IMG/VR virus record: IMGVR_UViG_3300002461_000377
Location: 1-46,075 of that record
DNA from: a virus
Length of the DNA: 46,075 nt
Strand: one strand, 5' to 3'
The stretch's first letter is position 1. Every line of letters begins with the position of its first letter. Under the pieces are notes generated by a model. It was not told the origin of the DNA. It was given only the letters and a program-made list of their open reading frames with translations, and did not search any database. Below are positions 45,570 through 46,075 of this stretch, one piece after another. The translations under genes and the position numbers were made by a program.

Positions 45570-45778
45570 AGATAGTAACAGCGGCTGGGAGAAAGTTTGA
45601 TGTAGAGATAGGGGCAAAGCTCTGCGGCATGCGCATCGTAGAATTTACAATGACAGCTGAGGAATTACAAAAAGCCGTGCGGCGTCATGGGTCTTCGTTG
45701 GTATATAGCTGGCTATTTCAGCATTTGTATCTTACATTCCCTCCAGTGGCTAGCGATCCTAATAGGATCATTCCATGA
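45566..45778 (+). CDS. Hypothetical protein (70 aa)
   Basis: GTG at 45566 lies 7 nt after GGAGGA. GTGA overlap upstream and ATGA overlap with the polymerase start. Confidence 0.4.
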   Translation: MKIVTAAGRKFDVEIGAKLCGMRIVEFTMTAEELQKAVRRHGSSLVYSWLFQHLYLTFPPVASDPNRIIP

Positions 45779-46075
45779 AAACACAGCTCATCCCAGATTT
45801 TCGAGACCAGCAGTTCTTGCCGTTACTAAAGCCGGTACTCTCCGGGTATAACATCAGCGTCAGCTCGAACCTAGCGCCGAGTACCTTATCAGAGGCAGCC
45901 TTGCGAGCACAAGCTAACGGCTGCGATTCTGTTATTACAAGCAACCCGCTGGTACTTAAGCTCTTACTCCAGCATCATTACAAGAAGACGCTTACTCGCA
46001 CTCCTCGCACCGATCCTTTCGAGGGCTCGTACTTCGAAGCTCATGGCATCAAGTGGGTAGTTGTGCCGCCGGCAG
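45775..46075 (+). CDS. DNA polymerase, family A: N-terminal part, continuing across the circular junction into 95..2064
   Basis: ATG at 45775 overlaps the upstream stop (ATGA). The frame is open to the window end (MKTQLIPDFRDQQF...) and is in frame with ORF 82..2064 once the 94-bp repeat is collapsed. The joined protein is about 756 aa. Confidence 0.8.
   Translation, partial: MKTQLIPDFRDQQFLPLLKPVLSGYNISVSSNLAPSTLSEAALRAQANGCDSVITSNPLVLKLLLQHHYKKTLTRTPRTDPFEGSYFEAHGIKWVVVPPA
45982..46075. repeat. Copy 2 of the 94-bp exact terminal direct repeat
   Basis: Identical to bases 1-94. Confidence 0.95.

Noticed and set aside
1-46075. CRISPR arrays, rRNA or tRNA genes, lysogeny module, phage RNA polymerase, DGR reverse transcriptase, recoded stop codons
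   Set aside because: No regularly spaced direct repeats were found and no matching ORF signatures. Long uninterrupted ORFs under the standard code argue against recoding.

Overview
The window is a complete dsDNA phage genome of the tailed, podovirus-like type. The contig is circularly closed: bases 1-94 are identical to 45982-46075, so the unit length is 45981 bp. A family-A DNA polymerase ORF reads through that junction.

The genome has two convergent arms.
- The plus-strand arm runs from about 33.4 kb, through the window end and the junction, to 4.8 kb. It carries replication, recombination and nucleotide genes: an SF1 helicase fused to a SprT-like domain, a Cas4-like nuclease, a Sak4-like ATPase, a dNMP kinase, the DNA polymerase, a P-loop helicase-like protein and MazG.
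- The minus-strand arm runs from 32.2 kb down to 4.8 kb. It carries three small early genes, then terS, terL, holin, endolysin, portal, scaffold, capsid, tail genes with LamG proteins, and three large internal virion proteins.

I found no tRNA, CRISPR array, integrase, repressor or phage RNA polymerase.

Three observations stand out.
1. The oriented word (T)GCCCGCG is massively over-represented. By hand count there are about 58 plus-strand and 27 minus-strand copies, against roughly 3 expected per strand. It occurs in all three reading frames, so the signal looks DNA-level rather than protein-level.
2. The ORF-poor control region at 32.2-33.4 kb contains a roughly 310-bp quasi-palindrome. Its arms appear to encode two diverged, frame-conserving paralogous small ORFs in convergent, overlapping orientation.
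3. A 700-bp structured non-coding region lies upstream of terS, with a 79-nt hairpin, short repeats and a terminator.

Functional calls rest on motifs read by eye and on gene order. No database search was possible.
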